Positions 28,237 through 41,400 of a DNA stretch of 64,000 nt are shown in pieces. A program made the translations under genes and the position numbers. This DNA is from Raillietiella orientalis. Taxonomy: Eukaryota. The first letter of the stretch is position 1, and each line of letters begins with the position of its first letter. The stretch covers positions 4,216,001-4,280,000 of the forward strand of contig JAYWIR010000015.1 in the NCBI GenBank assembly GCA_036172245.1, given 5' to 3'. A model generated the notes under the pieces. It searched no databases. It saw only the letters and a list, made by a program, of their open reading frames with translations, and was not told where the DNA came from.

Positions 28237-29500
28237 CTACAAACGCCCATTCCTTGGAAAGATTGTCATCATAGAGGTCAGGAAGTCACCCTGAAAGCAT
28301 TCACCCCTTGATGAAGCGGGTATGGACGACACCACGAGAATCAATATCAAAGCGCGGAAGCTTTGGGGAAAAATTTTCAAGTCTGACTGGCATGTAAGGA
28401 CATCAAGGGCAACATCTGGTAGTCCACTGATTCCCGAGGGAAGGCGGCCTTTCGGAAGCTGTCTGGGGAACTCGGACTGAGTTGACTGACTGGCAGTCAG
28501 TAGCCGATAGCCCGTGCTCTGTTCAGCGAGAGACCCAAAACCTCCCCTGGGATTATCCCTTGACCTCATCATGAGAACGAGAAACACTCGAAGAGTGGTC
28601 AGAATAAGACAGAACTCATCAGCAGTGTCCTCTTAGTTGGAACCTGTCTCTCACACCAGCAGGGCATCGAGGCGGAAGCGGAACACAGTCATGGATGTGT
28701 CAAGTCGCACAGATGAGTTCTGTCTTATTCTGACCACTCTTCGAGTGTTTCTCGTTCTCACGTTGGTGGTCGAAACATGCGATGCACCAGTTGCTCAATG
28801 TGGACTGCAGCAACAAGCATAAGAGGAGGCAGTGGTATAGGAAAAATGAAGGTCCAGTACTGCTCCTACTCGAAGAATTGGGACCATTACTGGAGGAAGG
28901 CAACAGCGTACAGTGAAAATAGGCGTACTGGAGGAGAGAAACACCGCCTGGTATGTCTTCATTTAGTACGAAGACAAGAGAGACAGTATGAGGTAAGGAA
29001 GGAATAGTCGATGCTTTCAAGCACTACTATGCCAACCACTCCCGACAACAAAAACTAAGCAGGAACAGAAAACCGCTCTGCGACACCTGCGGACGTCCAT
29101 AAGTGAGCGAGCGGCAGCAGGGGGAATGACGGAGAAATTCTTCATCCAAGGAATCAAGGATGCAATCGCAAGACTTCTCGAGGACATGACAGAAGGACCT
29201 GCCAGCGTGTCCACCTCTCAATATCAGCGCTACCTGCATGCTCCCCTGAACCTTTTTCGCCAGCTGACGGCGAAGATAGAAGAATCCACCGGCCACGTTC
29301 AACAGGAGCAGGATCAGATGGATTCCAAAGGGAGAGGACCTAACCGAGGCACCCGCTGGAGCTTTAATCGTCTTTCTCAACATAGACGCTAGAGGGTTCG
29401 TGACCTGGTCTGGACAAAGCATTTGTTAACGAGCATCCAGGAGTACATTGAAGGAATATCTTTTCCAATACAACGCGGAGTACACTGACTCTCAGGTCAC
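28237..29500. mobile_element. Rearranged L1/Tx1-like ORF2 remnant with an internal inversion
   Basis: Plus strand about 28750-29200: EGIVDAFKHYYAN and IQGIKDAIARL (EN-RT linker-like). Minus strand 28237-28570: LTCQSDLKIF (like LLNTDYKI). A 49-bp inverted repeat marks the junction. Confidence 0.5.
28572..28760. repeat. Perfect 49-bp inverted repeat (28572-28620 / 28712-28760), 91-nt spacer
   Basis: tgagaacgagaaacactcgaagagtggtcagaataagacagaactcatc and its exact reverse complement. Confidence 0.95.
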
Positions 29501-29559
29501 CGGCGCGCAGGATAATGCAGGAAGCACACGGGAGAGACAAGGAACTGAAAAAAAAATGA

Positions 29560-30760
29560 AAGAATGAATAAATGAAAATTCCAGATTCACCTTGTGCAAT
29601 GAGGACTTCACCGCAGTTCGGGGAGGGAGCAAAGAAGGAGAGGGGAGGGTCACCAGGTATCTGTCCCTCGTCTTGGAGCCTGCTGGGATGCAGGAAGCGT
29701 CCCCTTCGATCTCGAGCAGAGCTAAGGTCACTCAGCTTGCTGAGGGGCAAACAAAATAAAAATAAAAGAAAAATCGATAAAAAAAAAAAAAATAATGTGG
29801 GGTGCACGGGAAGAGATCACTGTCCTCTGGAGGGCGTTCTCTGCATCCTTTCCAGCAAGTTACATCAAGATGCCGGCAAGTTCCATCCGAGTATGACCCA
29901 GGCGGTGCCAGCTAGCTGCCGTCCGCAGGAAGCTCAGGGCGGAGCAGATGGCGTCCCTGTCGTGCCTTCCTCCTCTCGTGTAGCTCCAGTCCTCCACAGT
30001 CCCGCGTAGGCAGCAACAAAGAGCTGCTAGGGATGCGGAAGGTGAAAGGGCATCGCGCACGAAGAGGCTCTTCATCACGTCTCTGGGATTGTCCATCGGT
30101 GCACTAAGGGCCGTTGCATAACTCAACCACAGGTCGGAGGGCAGCACAGCCCACAAGCAGGAGCGGGAGGAATTCCCGTGCCCCGCATGTGCAACAGTTG
30201 GGGCCCACAGCTCCCCGGGTCCAGTGAGAGAGGCGGGCATTGCACGGGAGGCCCCAGTGCAACAGCAAATCCTGACGTAGGTGGCCTCCCCTCACTGAGC
30301 GCGAGACCCCAGCACACTGAGGGCTGTGACGATGGCGTGGATACATCATGTGCCGCTGCAATGACGACGCCTGCCGAGAAGTTGGCCGCAAGCGAAGACA
30401 TGACCTTCAGCTCCAGCACACGATTCATGGAGGGCACTGCAGTCCAACAGTAGGTGTGTGAACGGTTCTATCGCCCCTCACCTTAAACGGTTCAGAGACG
30501 CGAATCTCCTGGAAACCAGGTTCCTGCACTGGTTGCACTGGAATCCCCCCCTCATGCGGAAATAACAGCACGTCCTGTTTCCAGCGCAACGGGAACAGAA
30601 ATGTTCGAGCACGGAGGAGGGACCACGAGGCCTTCGGGATGGAGGGGAGGGGGAAGCACTCTTCAGCTCGCTCCACCGGAGCAGCCCCTTAGCCCGGTGG
30701 CTCGGAGTGACGGCGTCCACTCGCCTTCCAGCCGCCTGGGCGTTTGATCGCTCCTGAAGT
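29560..30760 (-). mobile_element. 3' part of a related Tx1/L1-like LINE subfamily
   Basis: Zinc knuckle CCTCGAREF, LFVRDALSPSASLAALCC and WHRLGHTRMELAGIL, then a T-rich tract. The 3' UTR differs from the 14.7 kb and 26.3 kb copies. Confidence 0.8.
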
Positions 30761-33700
30761 GGTGCAGGAGAGCTCCCACCCAGAGCTGCCAGTCAGAGTT
30801 TTAATTTGGAAAGGATCACTGGATCTTCAGGCTCCGAGAAACTACTTGAATCACTCACAGGATGTCTGAGTGACGCATGTTAATTGGGTAAATGAGCCGT
30901 CGAAGGCTACCGTGAATTCAAAACCTCCACATAATGGGACCGTCATCTGCAGAACGCTGAATCACCACACCCCCTTCAGAGTTCCTAAAAGAGCGTGAAA
31001 CCATCCGAGATGAACTTGCTAGTTGTTCTGGTTTGATTTCCGATGTGTGCACTAGATGGCAGGACCACGTAGACTGAAGCAAAAGATTCCTCCGTATCAA
31101 ACGTCCTCCTCCCAGAATGTACGAACCTGTCCCACAATGGAAGCAGACCTAGATATGAATCTTGACTACATTCTATATGTCTCCGAAGTCCTACATGCAG
31201 AATTTCACGGGAAGATATGGGATGGTGGATATAGAAAACAAAGTCGTCTGACATGTCGTCTTACATGATTGTTTGTACATGTTGTTGGTTACAATTTATG
31301 TTTAGTGAAGGTTTTTAGCAAATGATGAGAGTGATTTTACCACCAGCTGCACAACCATCTCAATCTCTTCCTCCGAACAGACTGTGATTTCCAAGGGTTG
31401 CTTCAATACGGGTGTTCGTGCAGCTGAATGCCTCTAATGTACCTAGAATCATTGCATATTCGAGAGTACCATTTCTTTTTTGATGTGCTCCTCCTCCCTA
31501 CTTGGGAGAAAATGTTCTGTCACATGATGCTGCCCGAAACAAGACGTTCCCTTCTCTTTGTCTGGATGCTTTGTGATGAAAGGGAACCATGCTGCCTTGC
31601 TTTGGATCGTGCTCAGGAAAGAGGTACTTCTTTTCTTCCTCAGTGTGTCAGAAATGGAGTCTCCAAAACAAAATGTGAATTTCTAAATGTGATCTTCTTC
31701 TAGTTCTGTTCAAATGCACACGTTACTTTATTCATGAACACCTTTTTCCCGAACATCATCGAGGCGATCTCCATGCCAGACCTACTAAATTTTTGCTTCG
31801 ATCACCACGGGCATGAATTTTCTCAAGTCCTCATCTGTTGGTGGCACCGCTGCGCTTATTATCACCTTTTCAGCACCGCGATTAAATTTTTTCGAGACCC
31901 TCTCAACCAAGTATTACGTGTCAAGTTGCCTTTCCTATCGTTGATGAAGAAGCAGATTAACTTTTTGCCCAATAGGAAGCACCTGGTCAGCATAGGTGTG
32001 CTAACAGTGATCTGAGTATCAAGAACCATTTTAAAAGTTTCTCCGTTTATACATTCCTGCTTCATTCACTTCATCTATACTTCCATCTTTCATAGATAAC
32101 AGGGATACCATTGTGCAATAGAAAGGAGTTCAATCAAAGAGTTGCATGAGAAATACTTTACCTAGAGCTAGTCATATAAAAGTGTCACAGAGGTAGAAAT
32201 ATCACGTCTCAGGTCTCTTTAGAATGTATTCACGGAATACATTTGAAAAGAGATCTTACGAGACTTCAGGAAACGCATCTCAAATGCATTCAATCTTTCA
32301 GGAGTGATAGCGGATTCCAGTCGAGTGTTGTATGGCACTCCCAAAGGTGGCTCTGCATAAATTCCTTGAGAAAAGAAAAAAAATTTGCTCGTCCTGGATT
32401 CATGTGGCAGGTGGTCCTAGAGAAACTTGAAGAGGATGCAAACTTTGCTGTCCTGATTCGAAATACCAGTGTAATAACCGTTACACTTGTTCCATCCATG
32501 GCAATGAGATCCTCAACGGAGAGACAGATATAGTATCTGTCTCATGTGAAGTTGTTGCTGGAATCCTTTGCGACGAAGAGCAGAATAAGGGACATCTCTA
32601 AAATGATGCCACTTCTTCATGGCATCCTCGTCACAACGGAGCGCAGTAACATTATCAGCAACATTATTATAATGAAAATACAACAACGGTCACGTTCGTG
32701 AAGACCTCAAAGTTGCACAATATGACCTAGAAGCCGAAGTTCTAGATCTCACCGTGCAATCTATCTGGAATTCCAGTGCTGGGCAGTTGCAGGAGCGATT
32801 AATTCTGTGTATCCTCGAGGAGAGCAATATTTCGTCTCTTCTCTTCCTGCCACTTGGTCGTTTCTATTAACCCTTCTGCGTTTCCTATCCGAAGCGTGGG
32901 AGTTGAGAAAGCGTGAAAGAAGTCTTGGCCATTTCACGAAGATACAGGATTTAATTATCCAAAGCATCGTGAGAGCTTTGATATTCGTGGAGAACGAGCA
33001 AAGTTCTTGGGCCACGGGAGAGAATCCTCGGAGGCATAATGTTAGCATAGGAGATTTTAGAATACTACTGTAAACTGATTAAGCGGTTGAATGGCATATG
33101 GAAGGTTCCGGATTTAGCCACAGATGTGGGAGAAAACTTGGAAAGATTTCACCACAGCTGACCTCCACATTTGCCAAAAAAAAAATTTTTGGAATAAACT
33201 CTTAAGTAACGACTGCAAAATATTTTATGCCATTTCGAACCAGTATTTGAAATTCAGAAAAAGGATCATTCTCTTGTTGACTCCCAGTCATTTAAGGAAC
33301 ACTGATCAATTGGGCTGACTGTGGCTGAGATTTTTCAAAGTTAATGAAAAGACGGATTTCTTCATCCTTGTATTCACGATCTCTGATGACCTCAACTTAA
33401 ATGTGAAAATGTTTGAATCAGTGATGGTCATGTGATACAAAGAGTATTTGCATTCGTGTGTTAAAGAATTTGTGTGTTACGGTGCTGTTGAGCTATTGCT
33501 GTTGAGCAGGCCGACGAAAAACATTTCCGATACAAGTGACTTCTGCCAGTGTGAGGACTGGCTAAGATCTATAAAACTTTTTTTTTTTTATCTTGGGTTC
33601 CTCAGTCTATAGACAAAAATATAAAAGATATACTGCTCGAAAAAAACAAAACAAAGGAACTGCCGAGATAGTGTAATTCAGCTAAAAGTACCCCACTTGA

Positions 33701-34786
33701 TTAAGGATCTTACAGCGGTTGAACGTAAAGTGGATCATATTTGAGGCAAGGAAATTGCCAGCTCAGCTGAAATCTGTTGCATTTCTTGCAAATTACAGAA
33801 TTTATTATGTTGCCATACATTCTTACGAATACGGTACGAATTTGAAACTCTCTTGTCTTTGTGCGGTGTAATGTACAATGCCATTTTAAAGTAATCTTTC
33901 AGTTCTTAGATAGTCCAGTTAACAATAAGTAGAGAAGAAAATGAATTCGAAGACAGGAACTAAATAATGGACTTATTTCTCTTTTCACTTAAATAATTTC
34001 AGTTTTGACAAACACTGAAGTGTGGCTATCAAGTTACATCAGATGAAATTATGCTCGCATGCAGTATCATTTAATGAAACAGTTCAGTTCTAGCATCTAA
34101 AAAGTCTCCTAAGAAAAAAGACAAAAAACACTCACTCTTACGAAAACTTTCAATCTTGCTCACTGCATCAAAGTCATTGAAAAGACACGAGGATCTGAAA
34201 TGAAATTCGTTTGCGTATTCTGAATTGCTTTCGTGGATACATATTTTTTAGACTGATTATCAGTACAAAAAAAACAAAAACAATCAGAAAAAGTTAACTG
34301 ATGTATTAACAGTCTCAGATAGTTGCTTGTAAAAGAAACAGTGATGTATCGTTAGTGAAAAGCGTTAAGGAGCAACCCTTGGTATCCGTGTACATAGGTG
34401 TAGCCATGACTGCAGTTCGAAACGAGGTCTGGAATGGGTGTTTGAATGGGTTACAACTTGCAAACTCCGTACTCGAACTAAATTATTTTGCATCTGATCA
34501 CCACCGAATATCGAATTCCCAGCCGATTACAACAGAAAAACATTGTCCGGAAATCAGTGCTGTTGGTTAAAGGAACTGTTTGTTACTGTTGGTGTGGAAC
34601 AAGTAGCATCTCTAGTGCATGGACATACCAAATTACTTGTGATGATTTTGTCGTAGTTTAGTACGACATTATTGATCCTTGTACCTAGCCAAACAAAAAT
34701 AAATCAAACATCGAATATCTCATGATTGATCCAATCGTTTCCTTATTTGTGTTGATCGTCATATTACCATTGTAAGCGACGTGCAA

Positions 34787-35677
34787 ATGTCCGTGTATTT
34801 AGAATACGCGCCAGGAATAGAGCATCTTATTCATTGCTTATTGAATGCATTGGCATCTGATGACGTAGAAACGGTGCAGGCGATTTTTGAAAGTCGATAT
34901 GTATCTTTTGATTTTCTCTTGAAGAGAGGATTACATCCAATACTAATTGCTTCAGAAAAAGGTTCCTTAAAATGCTTAAAATGGCTGATTTGTACCAATC
35001 CGAGCGATTTTCAAAGTGCACGTGTGTATGACCCCAAATGGACAAAGAAATTGATTCACGGTTGCTTCAAAAGACAAGCAAATCACATATCAGCAAATTA
35101 TTACGATATCTTACCATTACATCTTGTTTGTCGAAATTCACATGAAGAGTGCTTGAATTTCTTGATTATGAATGGTGCTGATATGAATTCTAAATCCGAA
35201 ATTATGGGAACTCCCTTACATCAGAGTGTAATGTCAAAAGATTTGAATTGCCTTGAAAGTTTACTCCAGAAAGGTGTGGATGTTGATGAGAAAGATAAGT
35301 GGGGGTACACAGCTTTACATTATGCTGTTAGCATGTCAGTTCTCCCAGCTGCAAAAAAGTTGCTTGATTATGGTGCCAATGTTAATGTTACTGATTGTTT
35401 CAATAACACCCCTTTGCATCTTTCAATACCTGGAGATGACATTGAAATTTGTAAGCTACTATGCACTCATGGTGCAAATGTTGCAGTTGAAAATGATGAT
35501 GGAAATAATTGCATCCATTTAGCCTGCATGTATGAGAGTCTTGAATGCTTACATTTTTTGATTAAACTTGGAATTAATTTAAATGTCAACAATAAGAAGG
35601 GAATGACTCCTTTGCAGTTGGCCTCACTCCATCGAAAATTGCAAGCAACAAAATTGATAGTAAATTTAATCATTTAG
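34787..35677 (+). CDS. Ankyrin-repeat protein (about 296 aa, roughly 7-8 repeats), single coding exon
   Basis: Long open frame in AT-rich DNA with repeated motifs: LPLHLVC, GTPLHQS, GYTALHYA, NNTPLHLS, GNNCIHLA, GMTPLQLA, and GADMN/GANVN linkers. First ATG at 34787; CCAAT about 55 nt upstream. Confidence 0.92.
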   Translation: MSVYLEYAPGIEHLIHCLLNALASDDVETVQAIFESRYVSFDFLLKRGLHPILIASEKGSLKCLKWLICTNPSDFQSARVYDPKWTKKLIHGCFKRQANHISANYYDILPLHLVCRNSHEECLNFLIMNGADMNSKSEIMGTPLHQSVMSKDLNCLESLLQKGVDVDEKDKWGYTALHYAVSMSVLPAAKKLLDYGANVNVTDCFNNTPLHLSIPGDDIEICKLLCTHGANVAVENDDGNNCIHLACMYESLECLHFLIKLGINLNVNNKKGMTPLQLASLHRKLQATKLIVNLII

Positions 35678-37675
35678 TTGAAATTCGCATTTTACTTAAT
35701 ATGAATGTCTAATCATGCATCGTTCATAGAAAGAATCCTTTGAAAGCAGAAATGACGGTTTAAAGGAAAAAGCTGCTAAATTCATATGCGTTTAGGAAAG
35801 ATGCCCCCAGGTATAGCTTGTATGTTTATTTTTTGATTTCTCACGGAAAAGCAGGTAAATCCTAGCACTTCAGCAAAGCATTATTCTAAAATAGGGAGGT
35901 CATAATGAAGATGGCCTTCAAGTGATCTCTCGTGAACCTACAACAGACGTCCCTGTTTCCACATCTGCATATCAACTGTTCCAAACACAATTTATAGATC
36001 GATTTCCACATAAAATCTTGAACTAGTTTTAACCTGGGTATACATTTTGTTGGGAACAAGTTTTCGTAACCTATTAACATTTTTCTTTACAAAAACGTGA
36101 CTACAAGAAAATGATTCATGTGAAAAAAAGAGTTGTTTTTGTTAATTAAGTATAAACACTAATGCTGTATCCAACTCATGAGATCAAGCTGATGCCAATT
36201 TCTTAAAGAAACTTTTAAAGAATGCTCCTTCTCTTCCAGCTGACAATGCTGGACCATACCTATACGAAAGTAGGCTTGTTATTTCCATTTCCATTATGTT
36301 CAGGTTACTTAAACATTGAAAACCAACAGTCTAGTTGCTAAACTTTCTTGAAAATTATAAGTTTGGTTATCTTCGCAACATCTTGCTGTGTACTCTTCTC
36401 ACAGCATTGTGTAAAATCCTGTAGACAAAAGAAAGAAAAATGGACTATACTTTTCGCACCACTGCACTCAAAATTTCTGGAGCTTTAGATCCACCAAACA
36501 ACAAACTGCTTGTTCACTAGCCAACCTTTCGGCTTCCTACTAAAAAGCAGGGCTCCCATCAACCATGAATAAAGGAACTACCCACACCCAGTCTTCAGAT
36601 TTTACTCTACATTGCTGTTGATCTATCAACTTGTGGCCAATCTGTCTAGCTTCTGTTTCATTTTTTTTGTTAATATTTTATTAAACATTTTTCCGCTTTC
36701 TCGCTACACCGCTATATTAAGAAAAAAACTGCAGTTATGTGCTCTTTTTTTTTTTCCAAGTGTTAGTAGTAGAACTTCGGATTTAATAGCTCTGTTAATG
36801 ACTCCAATCATTCTATTCAGTGTTCATTCACATATTTAGAACTTTAACTCTAGCGTGACATCATCGTCTTAAACCGAAACAAATGCCAAAAATATGAAAG
36901 ATGTTCTATCCGTGAACAAAACACTTTGATACCATCAAATAAAGTTATAGCTCAAAAATGAGCATTCTAATAAAACCTGATGAACTGTGCAGTTTCATGT
37001 TTTACTTGTATGCTGAAGGTACAGGTTAATTCAAATAAACCAGTGAACATTTTTATCTATGTCAACGGATAGATTTATCGTTCAAAAAAAAAAAAAAAAC
37101 TTTTGCTGCTCTCGAATCGACACATTTTACTCAAGTTGAAGCACATGATTGAATTCATAATCAAATGGATTTCATACGAAAATAATTCATGAAATGCTTT
37201 AGAGATCAGTTAGGAGCCAACTTGTCTTGCAGATCATACGAGGGAGCAATTGTGGTGGAAAACAGCCCAGAAATGATTAATAATTAACATAAATGAAATG
37301 AGAAAATTGAAATGAAAACGTAAAGTATATAATGAAAATGATGGCTTCTGTAACATAATTAGATGATTCCAATGCCAAACATTTAAAAATATTCTTGTAG
37401 TTGATTAGTATCTCAAGAGTTGTTTATTAAACCACATGTGAATTGACAAATTTATAGAAATGTTATCGTTATTGAAATTAAAAAGTGCTGAAATAGGTTT
37501 CAAAGTTTCATTCAAAAAGCATCAATACTAATAATAAATCTTAATAATAGTGCAAAATAACAGACTATTTATATTAGATGTAATACATGCAACATTGCAT
37601 GTATGCACGATGTTTGCTGCATTTGTGTATATGTTTTTACGTACTTATCTTTTCTCAATAGAAGGATCGGTGTGA

Positions 37676-37717
37676 TGAAGTAGGAAGCTAACTTTTCAAA
37701 GTTAGCTTCCTACTTCA
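37676..37717. repeat. Perfect 20-bp inverted repeat, 2-nt spacer
   Basis: tgaagtaggaagctaacttt-tc-aaagttagcttcctacttca. Confidence 0.95.
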
Positions 37718-38229
37718 AAGTTAAAATTACTTTACTACGACACAAAGGTCCACAAGACAACTGCCATAAAAGGAGAATGAAGGATTACACTCTGGAAAAA
37801 GTAAAACGCAAGCAATTAGAAAACAAAATCTGAGACAATGCCATCATTATGTCGCACTTGACATTCGCGTAGCTGTTCTTTCCTTTCCATGCTAACAGAC
37901 TCAAATGTAAGTTTGCTATTCTTCTGTCGACGCGAACGTTCAGTGCCACCACCATGATAATCATTATGAACTAATGATTTTTAGGTACGCCATTCAGCGA
38001 TCTTAGAATATGAATGTTCGGAAAAATAGCCAGCTTGCTAGAAAGGGATAATGATAGAAGCTTTTCACAGCACTCGCAGCTACGAATCGAAGACTTGAAA
38101 ACGACGGAAGTCATTTTTCCACGAACTGGAGTGGAAACCGGTAAATAGCGCCATCTTGATTGATGACGAAAGTGCAACGTTGGATCAAGCTTTGCCAAAT
38201 GCGAAATTCTACCGGCTGCAGTTCACGGT

Positions 38230-38620
38230 TTTCTTTGAAGCAGCTTAGAAGCTCAGCTTGCATCACCAGGTCTCTTGGAGTGCTTGTTGGAGCTCCAAGA
38301 GTTTGAGATGCCCTACGCAGCTTCCGAAAAAGTTACTCTGGCCGCGCTTTTCAGTTTTGAACTCCATCCACGGCTGAAGTGGATTCGAAAATCCTGGTCC
38401 TCGTGTGAAATAAGTTTTCGCTACTATGTAGGTTTTGTTGTGGACGGGAATCTCTTGCAACTTTTGGACAGTCATGTAAAGTCAGTGAATGAAATGTGAT
38501 CATTTGAGGTGTGAACGTTCACGACGCAATGACTCTCGAAAATAAAGGAGATCCAATTCAGTACGGTGCTTTCCACAGACAGACCGATGGCTACCAAAAC
38601 CCCATTTCATGAAACTTCTG
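38230..38620 (-). mobile_element. Possible Tc1/mariner transposase C-terminal remnant
   Basis: PGFSNPLQPWMEFK resembles SPDLNPIE.W..LK, and LLELQQALQETW resembles EL..ALQEEW. Confidence 0.35.
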
Positions 38621-40899
38621 TACTTCATAAGTCATTTGCTCCCTGTCATTTGACCTCATTAATACAAATTCTGTGAAAACTGATCTTACCATTGATAAAA
38701 GGATGCACAAGGTTGTAAAAAAAAAAAAAAAAAACCCGTGAATTCGATTTTCAGATAAACAGTTTATGCCAAATACGTTAGCTGCATGTTCTTTCCCACG
38801 AATTACAACTCTGTAAAAGCATCACAAACACAACAGCTGCAAAACACGTTCAAAAAAAAAACATGTCCTTGTAAGACATTTAATACAAATAGTTATAAGC
38901 AGATTATTATTAAAATCTATAGATGTTTAATTATTATCACGAGTGTCGAAATCCTTTAGGGTGAAAGTATGAAACTCACTTCTAGACTTCTAATTTGAAC
39001 AACGATAACTCTTTCACTTTCTTAAACCATATATGGTTAAATAAACCCATGAATTTGCTTCAAAGGGCATTTGGGTTCCACTTAAAGCAAATTATATTCT
39101 ATGATTCTTACCGCATTACATATCTCTGACTTGTCGTACGTCACACTTTTGTTCAAATCCTTTCTTCGATAATGTCTTTAAAAAGTCATCATGTGCTCCA
39201 TCGTTACACATTCCGAATGCTAACTCTTGAAAGTACGCCGACTCCGCAGAAAGATGCAAGAAATGAAAAAAACGTATGAGCTCCCCTTGGAAAATGGCAA
39301 GCCCCGAAAAGTGAATGAAAAGTTTCTTCTACGAAAACAACTGGACAGTCGAGACAGAGAAAGATGAAAACAGCAAGACAACACAGTTGGGCGCAGCTTC
39401 CAGGAGAGAAATGAGAAGGGGGGGGGGGGGGATCCGAGGTTGATCGCATGGTTTGAAAGCCTCCAGGGGTTAAATGAGTGCCACGGTCTCGGACGTAAAA
39501 ATTCAGATCTCATGGAAGCAGTTTCCTACAATTGTAGGAACCGAGGACCTTCGACGCTAGCAGCAGCAGAGCATCCTGCTTTCCAGAAACGAACTAGCTC
39601 CGTGCAAGGGAGACTTCACGGGCAGCAGCATAATAGTGCATACGTGGGAAGTAAAGCAAAGGGGTGGTCAAAGCCCACCGTATGCTTCTGTGTCAAACGC
39701 AATTCTCCTGTTGGCGAGTGTTCCTGGATGGCACAAAGGTGAGAACGGTCGGAACATCCGGCAATGCGTACTTTTGCGTTCTTCAGCAGCAAACAGACCA
39801 AAAAAAAATCAAGCCACTATTTGAAATATACAAATTTGTGGTGGCTCAGTATTCAGTCCGCCTCGTGTATCCACGATATTTAGTTTCGTTTTTTCGCACT
39901 GAAGCCAACGAAACGTGCATCATGGATGTTTCTCGGATTTCCACAGTGAATACGGAAACAGCGAGCGAAAAGCCACATGTTGCACATCATACCCAGGTTT
40001 TTCTAATAGCATAGGGCCAAAGTTCCTTTACTTCTTTATGGCCAATTCCGAAAGCTGTGGATCGGAGAAATGCCACAAACAGATTTTCCGTTCTGACACT
40101 GCTGCTGCGTGTAGAACCTGCTTTGACCCGAGACGCGGTACGGCTATCATTTGACCGCTATCGTGTTTGATGACATAATCTCGATAGCATGTGAAAGCCG
40201 TAAATGGATCGAAATCGTTAGGAATACCGAAATGTTTTTCAACTGAGAAAATGGAAATCCTGAACTGTTTACTGGAAAGGAAGAAATTACACTTGACCAC
40301 AGCAAGGTAGAAAACTGCTCACAGGATATTTTTTTTTTAAAGTCACAGAAACACCAGAAACGATTGTTTTTATGAATACCTTAACTTGAAAAAAAAAATT
40401 ATTCCAAAAAGTTCAATCAATATCTGACAATAATTTGCCCTTTTAGCCACGCATATTACAGATTATAAAAGCAAGCTGTGGACGCTGCAATGACATCATC
40501 TTTATACTTTTGGATACGTACGTAAAATAACTTCATTTCTGTATCATTCTGATGAACGAGCGCATCATTAAATTCCAGCGATTATTACGGAATTGGCAAT
40601 TCTGAGTATATAAATGTCAACGAACTATATGGCAATAATTACACACATGATAAGTTTGAAGATATTTTTGTCTATAAATATCAGATCAGTAAAGAGCCAT
40701 ATTAAAAAAAAGGGATACCCTTGAGGTCAAAAATACTCATCATCTTTTGAGTTATGTGAAAATGAGCTGAACGTGAAATATATCTTGAACATGAAATGTG
40801 AAAATGACCTGAACAAAATACTCATGAGATATTGCTCATGGTAAGGAATTTTTACTGCACACAAACGCAAACAAAATCACGGATGACTGGTTTTTTGTT

Positions 40900-41400
40900 T
40901 GTTTGTTTGTCTTCTTGGCCGGATGACCCTAAAGATTTGAGCACATCTGAATTGAAACTAGAAAGTCACCCATTGCATGTAAACTTGCAATGGGGTGACG
41001 AGACTAACATTTTGGAGAGAGGGCTCTACAGAAACAGTCACACTAAGATCATCACTTGAGTGGATGCACATCACAAAACAGAGCGACTCGGTAAGAAGCA
41101 ACTGAGTAACTTCAAAGACTTAGGCGAAATAAACATCTGCAAAAGATTCAAAACGCAAACATGCAATACAGGTCTCAATTTCTACTAAGGTGCCACCGAG
41201 AAGCACACATGAGAATTCAAAACACTTTGCGATGTTTGCGACTGAAGTCAGAGATTTGGGTATTACTCTGAACAAAGATGCCAGATGTGGTGAAGCGAAG
41301 GTCATGTGGATCTCATTACATGATCCTCTTGTTGGTACTTGGGGAGCAGAATCAACTCGAGAAACCCAAACGAGTTCACCACCATGCAACCAACCAACCA
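40900..41400 (+). mobile_element. CR1/L2-like reverse transcriptase C-terminal remnant
   Basis: WPDDPK (like FADDTK) is followed by EVRDLGITLNKD (like VKDLGV.ID). Confidence 0.45.
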
